Source of the DNA: a virus
Taxonomy: Duplodnaviria > Caudoviricetes
IMG/VR virus record: IMGVR_UViG_2617270876_000003
Coordinates: 130,209-194,208 of that record
Reading direction: 5' to 3' (one strand)
Length of the DNA stretch: 64,000 nt
The translations under genes and the position numbers were made by a program. The notes below the pieces were generated by a model. It saw only the letters and a list, made by a program, of their open reading frames with translations, had not been told where the DNA came from and searched no databases. Of the stretch, positions 50,971 to 60,265 are shown in pieces (positions within the stretch are counted from its first letter, which is position 1; every line of letters begins with the position of its first letter).

Positions 50971-51594
50971 ATGATTTTAGGAAATTCACAGTACAGGTAT
51001 TCTCCTGTGAAAGAAGCACAAAATTTTGTTTGGGTTGCGGACTATATGGATGGCACATATTTGTCTGAATATAACTTGGACGACAGAATAAAGAACGACT
51101 ACTATCAAATAGATAAACATAAGCTAATTAGGTTTGGATTAATAGGTATGGGATCACAAATCTATTTCGATGTTGCAAATGGAATATTCAATGTAAATAA
51201 AAACCGAATACAGGTATCCTACGTTGCTAATGGTGTTGAATATCCATTAACAGGTAGGGCATTTTTATATAATGACATTACCCAATATAAGAGAGCTTGG
51301 GGTGATGGCAAACTCTTATCAAAAACCGCTAGTGGTAGAATCAGAAACAATATCATTGAACATGTTATTGGCTACAAAAAAGCAATGGACTTAGCTAATG
51401 TTAATATTAATTTTAAAAACTTACTGCATATCCCTCAAAATAAAAATACGCCTCCTTTTTTAGAAATAAAAATATCCGTAGATAAGGAATTAGATGGTGA
51501 ATTGATTTTTAGAGTCAATGGCTTAATTGCAAACAAACTACATGCACCTTTACTAAAAAATCGTGCAGGAGTTTATAATTGGGAACTAATTTAA
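50971..51594 (+). CDS. Hypothetical tail-module protein
   Basis: GGGAGG RBS, within the structural operon. Confidence 0.7.
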   Translation: MILGNSQYRYSPVKEAQNFVWVADYMDGTYLSEYNLDDRIKNDYYQIDKHKLIRFGLIGMGSQIYFDVANGIFNVNKNRIQVSYVANGVEYPLTGRAFLYNDITQYKRAWGDGKLLSKTASGRIRNNIIEHVIGYKKAMDLANVNINFKNLLHIPQNKNTPPFLEIKISVDKELDGELIFRVNGLIANKLHAPLLKNRAGVYNWELI

Positions 51595-51613
51595 CTCAAA
51601 GGAATGATATATA

Positions 51614-51964
51614 ATGGAAGGATTTTATACGGATGCATATGGGCGAGTTTGGGGAAACAAGACAGTTGATGAAACGGTTGTAATCACTTCATCTAACAAT
51701 GAAATTACTATTTCATCTGCTGAAGATACATATACTTTTAGCGTTCCAACGGGAATATATAAATCCATGTATGTTACAAGTAGTTCAGAACTTGTAGACG
51801 CGATACACACAACTATACAGTCAAACTCCTACCCTATTGATGTCTTTTTGGGTGGACTCCACAATGATGTAAAATACAATTCTATTGTTTTTAGACTCTC
51901 TGACGGTACGGAAATTACCAGTATTAGCGGAACATTCTTTGATAACTTCTTCAACTCCATATAA
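51614..51964 (+). CDS. Hypothetical tail-module protein
   Basis: AAAGGA RBS. Confidence 0.7.
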   Translation: MEGFYTDAYGRVWGNKTVDETVVITSSNNEITISSAEDTYTFSVPTGIYKSMYVTSSSELVDAIHTTIQSNSYPIDVFLGGLHNDVKYNSIVFRLSDGTEITSISGTFFDNFFNSI

Positions 51965-51978
51965 AGGTTGGTGAATAA

Positions 51979-52554
51979 ATGGCTACACAAGAAATAGGGA
52001 TACCGATTGATTTAAGCAAAGGGATATTCAATAATACGGTATTTCTTAATGGAAAATTGCAGTTAATTGAACTCGCTAAAGATGATAATGATGTTCCAAT
52101 TTATCCACCTGAAGGTTATTGGATATCAGAATCTATTAGAGTTGCCGACAAGGTTACATCTTTTAAGTATATTGCAAAAAGCATCACTGGATCAGGAAGT
52201 TATAAAATTTATACCCAATCATCACCCAACGGATTTACTTGGTCTGAGTGGCAAGAGATTAATTATACTAACGGAAGCATACTTACGCCTGTTGGATATT
52301 ATGCAAAAATAAAAATATTTATATATGCGGGAAACACTAACGTGACTTTTACTATTGATGATTTTGCCGTAGTGGATAAATATATAAATCCATATATCAA
52401 CTCATCTTACGGAGTTTTGGAACTGAAAAAATCATACACCTCTCCCCTAGTCATTGATGGGTCATGGGCAGATGATGGAGTTTTAATGAAAAGCTCTGTA
52501 ATACAAAAAACGAATTATAAAAAGATAGATAAAATAGAAATTTCTACCCAGTAG
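51979..52554 (+). CDS. Tail appendage/adaptor protein
   Basis: DLSKG.F.NT...NGKLQL...GYW.S..I domain, WSEW motif. Confidence 0.6.
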   Translation: MATQEIGIPIDLSKGIFNNTVFLNGKLQLIELAKDDNDVPIYPPEGYWISESIRVADKVTSFKYIAKSITGSGSYKIYTQSSPNGFTWSEWQEINYTNGSILTPVGYYAKIKIFIYAGNTNVTFTIDDFAVVDKYINPYINSSYGVLELKKSYTSPLVIDGSWADDGVLMKSSVIQKTNYKKIDKIEISTQ

Positions 52555-52575
52555 GAGAAAATAGAGGTGATATAG

Positions 52576-53685
52576 ATGGCGATTCCGGCAAGCACAGGTC
52601 AACTTCGAACAAAAATAAGTAATATGGAGATTGGCGATTATATTATTTGCAAATATGTCGCTTCAAGCGGTGTAGTAGGAACCTTCAGCGAATTAGGAAC
52701 TAGTGTAGCTGCTGAGATTTCGACTTCTGCCGCAGCCGCGCCGAACGGGGCTTTTTATTTTGTGAAAATTGATAAAGGTTTGCTTTGTAGTGATCGTGTA
52801 ATTCAACATACAATTTCATGGGATACGCTTAATGCAGCCAAAGTCATTCAAGGTTTGCCCTGGGCTGCTGACAATTTAATCCCAACCATGACAAGCAATA
52901 CTACCCCCAGCGGTATAGTGAGCGCAAGTAGTTTTTGGACCAATGATCCGAGGTATGATGCATGGAAAGCTTTTGAGCCACTTACTAGCGCTGATTATGC
53001 ATGGTATTCAGGTGCGATGCCTACAGTTGGTTCTCCGCAAGATATAGCATATGATTTTGGTTCGCCTAAAAAAATTGGAATGTTCAGGATTACTGCGCCC
53101 ACCAATACAAACGCAAGCCCCAAAACATTTACGTTTGAAGGATGGGATGGATCGCAATGGATAGTGATCCAGAGTTATTCGTTAGGGACTTCGTGGTCGG
53201 CTGGGGAAAAGAAAACGTTCTATGCAAACAACTCGGAATTCTTTAACAAATATCGCATTAATATAACTGCAAATGACGGAAATACTTCTTACACAGGTAT
53301 AAGTTATCTTGAAATGTCAGAAACAGGAGGAAACATCCGTTCTTTTTCGGGTGGGGTAGCACCACTAGATACAAACCAGGGAGCATCGACTTCTGGTGAC
53401 AAAGGATTGGGTGGGTGGCCCATCAATAACGAATGGGATCGCTTTGTCGCGAACTTCCCTTCTGCAAAAATTCAGTCAGGAAAAACATTAGATGACGTTT
53501 TTCATTGGAAGAATATATATACATGGTCACAAGAAACTCCAATTCTGGCGTGGGGCGCAAATACTTTACGCATTCTTCGCGGTGGTGGAACAGCAACAGA
53601 AAAAGCTATAGCCAGCACTGCATCTTCAGTGGCAAGTACTAGCTATGGCTTTCGACCATTTTTGGAATATAAGGAGGTGTACTAG
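52576..53685 (+). CDS. Adhesin: C-lectin-like (GFRP) domain with inserted discoidin/F5-8 domain
   Basis: GLL..DRVIQ..ISWD.LN, IPTMTSNT.PSG..SASS, PK.FTFEG.DG..W, NEWD, TWSQE...GFRP. Confidence 0.7.
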   Translation: MAIPASTGQLRTKISNMEIGDYIICKYVASSGVVGTFSELGTSVAAEISTSAAAAPNGAFYFVKIDKGLLCSDRVIQHTISWDTLNAAKVIQGLPWAADNLIPTMTSNTTPSGIVSASSFWTNDPRYDAWKAFEPLTSADYAWYSGAMPTVGSPQDIAYDFGSPKKIGMFRITAPTNTNASPKTFTFEGWDGSQWIVIQSYSLGTSWSAGEKKTFYANNSEFFNKYRINITANDGNTSYTGISYLEMSETGGNIRSFSGGVAPLDTNQGASTSGDKGLGGWPINNEWDRFVANFPSAKIQSGKTLDDVFHWKNIYTWSQETPILAWGANTLRILRGGGTATEKAIASTASSVASTSYGFRPFLEYKEVY

Positions 53686-55413
53686 ATGGCTACAATTGGA
53701 CAAGCTTTAACTACACCCGAAGCTGGTTGGAAACGATATGAGGAAACAAGTGCTTCATTCAAGTATTTTGGGTCGTCTTGGGTGACTAGTACGTCTGCAA
53801 ATTACTCAGGAGGAGCGAGTAAGTATACAACAACGGCAAGCTTGCATTCTGTATCATTTAAATTTACAGGGCCTAAGTTGAGAATCGTATCCTATAGAGG
53901 CACAGACCGCAACCCCGCTATTAACCTCGTTATTGATGGTGTATCGTACACATACTCTGCTCAAGGAGTCGCAGGTAGTATGATACTATTATTTGATAAG
54001 ACTGACTTGACAAATGGGACACATACAGTTGTTGTTTCCGCTAATGATGCATCTGCTACTAAGATATTTGAGTGGGATGCTATTGATATAGACTCAACAG
54101 GTCGCCTTTATCATCCAGACGAAGTAACTGATCCAAAAGATTTGGTGGTTGGCAAACGAATCCGCTGCCATTATTCGGCTTCTTCTAATGTAGTGGGTGC
54201 ATTTAGCGGGTTAGGACAAGAAACATCGGATTTTATTCCTGTTGCAAGTTCTGCGACACCTAATGGCGATTTCTACTATATTATGTGTGAAGATTTTAAT
54301 AAAAATAAGATTTTAGTTGCAGATAGAAATGTCCAAAGCAATATATCATGGGATGTATTGAACTCAGCGGGAATTGCTTCGGGTAGTGGAATACAAAATA
54401 TTTTAAATGCCATACCAAATATAACATCTGATACTAGTTCTCTCGGTATAGTTACTTCTGATAGTTTATATGCTAATACATCATGGGCACGGTGGAAAGC
54501 TTTTGACGGTAATGGGGCTGTTGCTAATCATTATGGATGGTGCGGGGCAGTAATAAATAGTGGGTGGCTCGCTTATGATTTCATAGTTCCTAAAATAATT
54601 AATTCGTATAGTTTATTGCCAAGTCAAGCGTCACCTTCAGTAAACAACGGATGTATGCCTAAAAACTGGACATTCGAAGGTTGGAATGGAAGTCAATGGA
54701 TTGTTCTCCATCAGGTAACAAATGAACCATCATGGGGAACTGCGGCTGTAACAACGACGAGGGTTTATAATTTTAATAATACAACCCCGTATTCAAAATA
54801 TAGAATCAACATATCAGCAACTATTAGCGGAACTTATGAGCCTGTTATTGGACAAATGGGAATGTTTGAGAATACAAACTACTCCAATACAACTCGTCTT
54901 CTTACAGGTGGCATAACATCTACTGATAAAGATAATGAATGGGATAAATATATTGTCAACTCAACGTTGGGCGGTACAATCACGGCAGGAGATAACAACG
55001 TATGGAGCTGGAGTGGAATATACAGTTGGGCATCTACAACAACCGCTGCTGGTGGTTATAGAGTAATAAGAGGTAGCGGTTTGGCTAATAGCTATTCGAA
55101 TCTAGCAACAAGTTCTACTGCTGGATTCCGTCCAGTTCTTATCATTGAATCTAACCCACAAACCAGATTTTTAATTAAAGATCAAAACGAATATAAAACT
55201 TTTGAAACATCATGGAACACGATATCAACAACTTTACCTTCAAAAGATACTTTTATTAGTGATGGCATAACAGACTTAGCAATTTTAAATCGAAAAGCGA
55301 CAATAATCCATCAAGTAATGTCTAATAATGGAACGTTAGGTAACGGCAAGACTTTTAAGACAACAATTGATTTAAATAAATATTTTGAAATTCAGAAATT
55401 AAATATGAAGTAG
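53686..55413 (+). CDS. Adhesin: beta-sandwich plus C-lectin-like domain with inserted discoidin domain
   Basis: ADRNVQ..ISWD.LN, MPKNWTFEG, NEWD, YSW.ST...GFRPVL. Confidence 0.7.
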   Translation: MATIGQALTTPEAGWKRYEETSASFKYFGSSWVTSTSANYSGGASKYTTTASLHSVSFKFTGPKLRIVSYRGTDRNPAINLVIDGVSYTYSAQGVAGSMILLFDKTDLTNGTHTVVVSANDASATKIFEWDAIDIDSTGRLYHPDEVTDPKDLVVGKRIRCHYSASSNVVGAFSGLGQETSDFIPVASSATPNGDFYYIMCEDFNKNKILVADRNVQSNISWDVLNSAGIASGSGIQNILNAIPNITSDTSSLGIVTSDSLYANTSWARWKAFDGNGAVANHYGWCGAVINSGWLAYDFIVPKIINSYSLLPSQASPSVNNGCMPKNWTFEGWNGSQWIVLHQVTNEPSWGTAAVTTTRVYNFNNTTPYSKYRINISATISGTYEPVIGQMGMFENTNYSNTTRLLTGGITSTDKDNEWDKYIVNSTLGGTITAGDNNVWSWSGIYSWASTTTAAGGYRVIRGSGLANSYSNLATSSTAGFRPVLIIESNPQTRFLIKDQNEYKTFETSWNTISTTLPSKDTFISDGITDLAILNRKATIIHQVMSNNGTLGNGKTFKTTIDLNKYFEIQKLNMK

Positions 55414-55440
55414 GGCGAAACGCTCTACTTCTTTTATTTT
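55407..55440 (+). terminator. Intrinsic terminator
   Basis: GAAGTAGGGCG-AAA-CGCTCTACTTC followed by TTTT. Confidence 0.75.
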
Positions 55441-55441
55441 G

Positions 55442-55500
55442 CTAAAATAACGATTTTACTTTGAAATAGACAGTTTAAAACCTAGTTGTAACAAGGTTTT
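55442..55500. repeat. Bipartite palindromic element (A + 17 bp + B)
   Basis: CTAAAA-TAACGA-TTTTAC, 17 bp, AAAACCTAGTTGTAACAAGGTTTT. Confidence 0.6.
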
Positions 55501-55522
55501 AAAGAGATAGGAGAGTGAGAGA

Positions 55523-56863
55523 ATGGGTAGTTTTGGTGTAAATTTAATACCACAAATGACTTCAATGACTGCCCCAGGCGGTGTGGTTACTGCAAGTACG
55601 CAATCAAATACTAATACAGCTTGGAATGCCTTTAATAGAGATACAGCAGATATAGGATGGAACACCGCAAGCGGAACACTCATAGGATGGTTAGCATATG
55701 AATTTTCAACAGCAACAGTGATAGATGCTTATGTTAACTACGGATATACTGATAATAGATCGCCTAAAAACTGGACTTTTGAAGGTAGTCAAGATGGTAC
55801 TACTTGGGTTGTGTTAGATACAAGGACGAACGTTACTTCTTATGCTACACCACAGGAGTTTACTTTTACAAATACAGTTGCTTATAAAAGATATAGAATC
55901 AACGTAACCGCGAACAATGGTAGCACAACTTTTTTAGGAATTAAAGAGTTAACAATGCACAAACAGTATCTAAATAAAATCTTACTTTCGTCCGAAAATA
56001 ATGTAAAGTCAATAAATACTGAAAAAAATATGGTCGTGAATACTGGGTCTAGCGTGGCATTTAACAATAAAGTAGTAACTGCAAGAAATCTTGCACAGAC
56101 AGTTATGTTTAAGGTGAAAGTAGATAATTTACCATCAGGAACAATGGATATAATCAGCCATATAAACTCAGGCAATGTTAGTAAATTTAAAGCATCTATA
56201 AGTACCATTGGAACAGTAGTTATATATTCCGCATACACATCTTCATTAGCTTCAATTAATCTACAAACCAACTCTCCTTTACTAAATATTTGTGATGGTA
56301 AATGGCACGACATAGCGTATACTTGGGACGGTACAACGAATAGCGGTGCAGCTAAATTGTATGTCGATAATATGACTACGCCCTATACGACTCAAACTGT
56401 TTCGAATATTCAAACTACTGAAACTACGGGATATTTAACCGTTGGTAATGGGACTTTTGGCAGTTTTAATATAAAAGATTTTGCTTCGATCACCAGAGTT
56501 GCTACTACACAAGAATTATCGGATTTTAAGGCAGGAAGCTTATCGCTATCTACAGCGAACATGAATGCTTATTTTAAATTTCAAGATAGCAAAAATGGTA
56601 CAGTAGACAATTTGGTTACTGGAACAACGATAAGTGGCGTTGCCAATAATGTTGATTTTGTTTTCCCAAAGATAATAGACTTAAAATCATCTAGCGAACA
56701 CAACTTTCTAAGTTATGGTTTAGACAACTCTCTTTTGGTTCCAGATGAAATCGAAGGAATTACCGATATCAATGATGCATCAGTTAATTTAGGTACAGGA
56801 AAAACATTTTCGCACACAATTGATTTATCGAAGAGGAAAATAAATAAGATATTATTTCAGTAA
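55523..56863 (+). CDS. Adhesin: discoidin plus LamG/concanavalin-like domain
   Basis: PKNWTFEGSQDG..W..LD and DGKWHDIAYTWDG......KLYVD. Confidence 0.75.
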   Translation: MGSFGVNLIPQMTSMTAPGGVVTASTQSNTNTAWNAFNRDTADIGWNTASGTLIGWLAYEFSTATVIDAYVNYGYTDNRSPKNWTFEGSQDGTTWVVLDTRTNVTSYATPQEFTFTNTVAYKRYRINVTANNGSTTFLGIKELTMHKQYLNKILLSSENNVKSINTEKNMVVNTGSSVAFNNKVVTARNLAQTVMFKVKVDNLPSGTMDIISHINSGNVSKFKASISTIGTVVIYSAYTSSLASINLQTNSPLLNICDGKWHDIAYTWDGTTNSGAAKLYVDNMTTPYTTQTVSNIQTTETTGYLTVGNGTFGSFNIKDFASITRVATTQELSDFKAGSLSLSTANMNAYFKFQDSKNGTVDNLVTGTTISGVANNVDFVFPKIIDLKSSSEHNFLSYGLDNSLLVPDEIEGITDINDASVNLGTGKTFSHTIDLSKRKINKILFQ

Positions 56864-56949
56864 GAAGTGGGGTTAAATGCTCTACTTCTTTTTGTTTTGT
56901 TTAAATGAAATGTTTTATTTAGTAATGAATTAGATGGGAAGGCGAGAAA

Positions 56950-58161
56950 ATGCCAACATATAGTGCAAATATAGTTCCGCAAATGACAGCTAGTAACGCA
57001 CCAACACCATACGTGATATCTGCATCATCACAAATAGATGCAACCAGCTATCCAGCATGGAAAGCATTTAATAGGAGTGTTACAGGTAATTTTCAATCAT
57101 GGTTAACTCCTGCTGGTACGTTGACAGGATGGTTGAGAATTGATTTAGGCGTTGCTAGAATTGTTGGGAAATACTCCCTTCAATTGAGCAACGAAAGTGG
57201 ATTGGATATATGTATGCCTAAAAACTGGACTTTTGAAGGAAGTAATGACACTTCAAACTGGACTGTTTTAGATACAAGAAGTAATGAACCTTCATGGACT
57301 GCCAACGCAAGGAGAGAATACACATTTAGCAATAATACTGCTTACCGATATTATAGAATCAATGTAACCGCAAATCAAGGAAGTATCAATTATCTTGCAA
57401 TATCCGAAATGGAATTGATGGAAGTTTCAATTTTAAATAAATTCTTGATTTCATCAGGTAACGAGTATTATGCTGCTCGTCCAAAGACAAAGGGAGCAGA
57501 AAAAATAATACCAGTTATGACCACATACACTTCAAATGGAGTAACTGTTACTGGCGATACTGATGGTTCATCCTTTCAGGCTTGGAAGTTATTCGATGGG
57601 GTAACTTCGAGCTTATGGTTGTCGAACAACATTTCTTCTTCAGCGAAGGTTGAGATTGATTTGGGTAGCAACAAACAGATTCCTTTCTCTTACACTCTAA
57701 CAGGAAGTGCTGATACAATTCCTCTATCACCTCAAACGTGGAAAGTTTATGGGAGCAACGGTGATGGTTGGGAAGAATTAGATTCACAAACAGGAATTAA
57801 AAATTGGATATTGGGAGAAACCAAGGAATTCACTCTTAAAACGACAAACTCATATAACAAGTATAGGCTGGAAATAATCTCCTCTGTGTCTGATGGGGCA
57901 AACAGGAAGTCGGCAAATGAGTTTAATCTAATTGCATGTAAAGAAGGATATGATGGAACAGGGTTAATCATCGAACCCGTGGCAGTAGAAGGCAGTTTCA
58001 TTAAGAACGGAATGGATAAAAATACTATTGTAAATTTGGATACTGCTTTTAGTAGAAAGTCATTTGTAAATAGAGGGGATACGGCCATTGGTTCTGGTAA
58101 AGTATTTAAACAGTCTATCGACTCAACTAAAATACCAATTAAGAATGTGACAATTACATAG
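56950..58161 (+). CDS. Adhesin with two discoidin/F5-8 domains
   Basis: AWKAF...PKNWTFEGSND..W..LD and AWKLFDG...PQTWKVYGSN...W..LD. Confidence 0.75.
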   Translation: MPTYSANIVPQMTASNAPTPYVISASSQIDATSYPAWKAFNRSVTGNFQSWLTPAGTLTGWLRIDLGVARIVGKYSLQLSNESGLDICMPKNWTFEGSNDTSNWTVLDTRSNEPSWTANARREYTFSNNTAYRYYRINVTANQGSINYLAISEMELMEVSILNKFLISSGNEYYAARPKTKGAEKIIPVMTTYTSNGVTVTGDTDGSSFQAWKLFDGVTSSLWLSNNISSSAKVEIDLGSNKQIPFSYTLTGSADTIPLSPQTWKVYGSNGDGWEELDSQTGIKNWILGETKEFTLKTTNSYNKYRLEIISSVSDGANRKSANEFNLIACKEGYDGTGLIIEPVAVEGSFIKNGMDKNTIVNLDTAFSRKSFVNRGDTAIGSGKVFKQSIDSTKIPIKNVTIT

Positions 58162-58164
58162 AAC

Positions 58165-58182
58165 ATAAAATGATTGTTTTAT
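58165..58182. repeat. Dispersed palindrome A
   Basis: ATAAAA-TGATTG-TTTTAT(AAG) between adhesin genes. Confidence 0.6.
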
Positions 58183-58203
58183 AAGGAAGGAGAGTGAGAT
58201 AGT

Positions 58204-60231
58204 ATGCCTTACACAAATGTTATTCCTACCATGACAAGCAATACAGCACCTAGCGGTGTTGCAAGCGTGAGTGCTTCCCATGCTTCTTATCCTGCGTGGA
58301 AAGCTTTTGATGATGTACTCACTGATGGTTGGGTTCTTGATACCTTTACAGGAACAGCTTGGCTTCAATATCAATTTCCAACAGCGAAAAAGATTAGCAA
58401 ATATACATTGATGCCACAAACAGGCGCATTAACCAGATCACCAAAGACTTTCAGTTTTAAAGGAAGTAATGACGGTTCTTCTTGGGTCACTCTTGACACA
58501 AGAACAAATGAGACAGGTTGGGCTACAAGTACAAAAAGAGAATATACATTCAGCAATTCAACCGCCTATACACACTATAGGCTTGATATAACTGCAAACG
58601 ATGGTGCAGGAGCATGGGTTTCTGTTGCTGAAATGGAAATGATGGAGTTAATAAACAATAAAACGTTGGTCTTCCATAGTGGTATGTACAAAAAATACGC
58701 TTCAAACGTATGGGAAAATGTTTCTTCTTCTCCGACAGAAGCAGACTATCTTGGTGGAATGGACGATATATCAACTATACCTCAATCAGCATGGCAACAA
58801 TTAACTGGAGCAGTCGAATTATGCTACTACACAGACGACTCAACAAAAACAGAAGCACAATTCAGCATTGAAACTACTCCCTTCACTCTTGCCGAAGAAT
58901 GGGAAGATCAAATAATTCAAATAATTGAATATACGGACAATGCTTCTCAAACTGAATCAGCAGTTACGACAGAGACGGAAGTATTCACTCTTTACGATGA
59001 ATTTGGTTCTAGCGTTGATGTTTTATATTATACAGATGATGCGACTAAATCATCGGCAAGCGTTGATATTACTGCAAACTATACACCGTTAGATGAAATA
59101 GATGGAGATTTTGAAGTTGTTGCATGGACAGATAATGAAAGTATTGTTGTTGGTAACGAACCAAGTCTCACGTATGAGGCATTACCATTCGAGCAGTTGA
59201 TAGTCCATCCAACTGATATTAACTCATATGGGACAATTAAATCATTGATTGCAAGTAAGATACCTCAGACTGTTGAAGGAACATTGAGATTTATCGTATC
59301 ATTTGATTCTGGACTAACGTGGAAGACATATAAATTTGATAAGTGGCGCACAATCTCGATTGCAGATAAAAGCATTATTAAAAAACAAGGAATTAGTATT
59401 GAAGTGCTTAATACCATACCAGAAAGTTACTTAGTAGGAGTTAATAAAGTTGGATATTATTTAGATAATAGCATTCATAATAGTGCCGAAAATGTACAAT
59501 TAGATTATTTAAAAGTAGTATCTAGTGCTCCCACTAATGATGTTAAATTTGATAATTTGGCATTTTATCTGCTAAATACAACGGCTACTATACAGGTGTC
59601 GCTACGGGGCAATAAAATTGTTGGAACATTGGACGATGTTGATGCTGGCAAGGTTCAATATAGAGTTATTTTAAATAATACTCCCTATTATCCGTCTTCT
59701 GGAGATTTTTCTCCTCTCCTCCCCTCCCCTCTCAACATACAACTCAATCTTTCCGAAAGCAACATTGTATTTGGACAGGAAAATACATTAAGAGTAGAGT
59801 TTCAAGATTATTGGGGTCAAACCGATTTCTGGGAAACAACTTTCATTGGAACTTATTCGGGCATCATGTTTAAAGATGAAAGTGGAAATTATTATTCTAA
59901 CTCTTTAGGTGAAATCTTAAAACACTTGGATTTTGGAGATTTAATTGCTGGTCAGACAACGCTTGAACAAAAAGTTATCGCAAAGAATCAATTAGGCGTA
60001 CAATTACAAAATCTAATTCTTGAAGTTCAAAAAGAAAATTTACCAGAAGGCGTAACGATTGAACTGTCCCGGTCAAACTTTCCTTTTTCTCCTGAAGACC
60101 CCCTACTATTTAATATGTTTTTTAACGAAAACGATGAGTTTGAGTTTTTTGTAAGGATAGTCACACAATTAACAGCAACAGCAACACCAAATGGGCAGTT
60201 TGAGATTAGAGCAAAAGCAGATCCAGTATAA
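58204..60231 (+). CDS. Tail protein with N-terminal discoidin domain and acidic repeats
   Basis: IPTMTSNTAPSG, PKTFSFKGSNDG..W. Repeated YTDD...F/YTL.E/DE modules. Confidence 0.7.
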   Translation: MPYTNVIPTMTSNTAPSGVASVSASHASYPAWKAFDDVLTDGWVLDTFTGTAWLQYQFPTAKKISKYTLMPQTGALTRSPKTFSFKGSNDGSSWVTLDTRTNETGWATSTKREYTFSNSTAYTHYRLDITANDGAGAWVSVAEMEMMELINNKTLVFHSGMYKKYASNVWENVSSSPTEADYLGGMDDISTIPQSAWQQLTGAVELCYYTDDSTKTEAQFSIETTPFTLAEEWEDQIIQIIEYTDNASQTESAVTTETEVFTLYDEFGSSVDVLYYTDDATKSSASVDITANYTPLDEIDGDFEVVAWTDNESIVVGNEPSLTYEALPFEQLIVHPTDINSYGTIKSLIASKIPQTVEGTLRFIVSFDSGLTWKTYKFDKWRTISIADKSIIKKQGISIEVLNTIPESYLVGVNKVGYYLDNSIHNSAENVQLDYLKVVSSAPTNDVKFDNLAFYLLNTTATIQVSLRGNKIVGTLDDVDAGKVQYRVILNNTPYYPSSGDFSPLLPSPLNIQLNLSESNIVFGQENTLRVEFQDYWGQTDFWETTFIGTYSGIMFKDESGNYYSNSLGEILKHLDFGDLIAGQTTLEQKVIAKNQLGVQLQNLILEVQKENLPEGVTIELSRSNFPFSPEDPLLFNMFFNENDEFEFFVRIVTQLTATATPNGQFEIRAKADPV

Positions 60232-60265
60232 TCGATCTCAATACAATGAGATAGGAAGTGTGTAA

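Noticed and set aside
52576-60231. Complete DGR or invertible shufflon in the adhesin array
   Set aside because: No reverse transcriptase or template repeat was seen. All adhesin genes are full length on one strand with no inverted silent cassettes.
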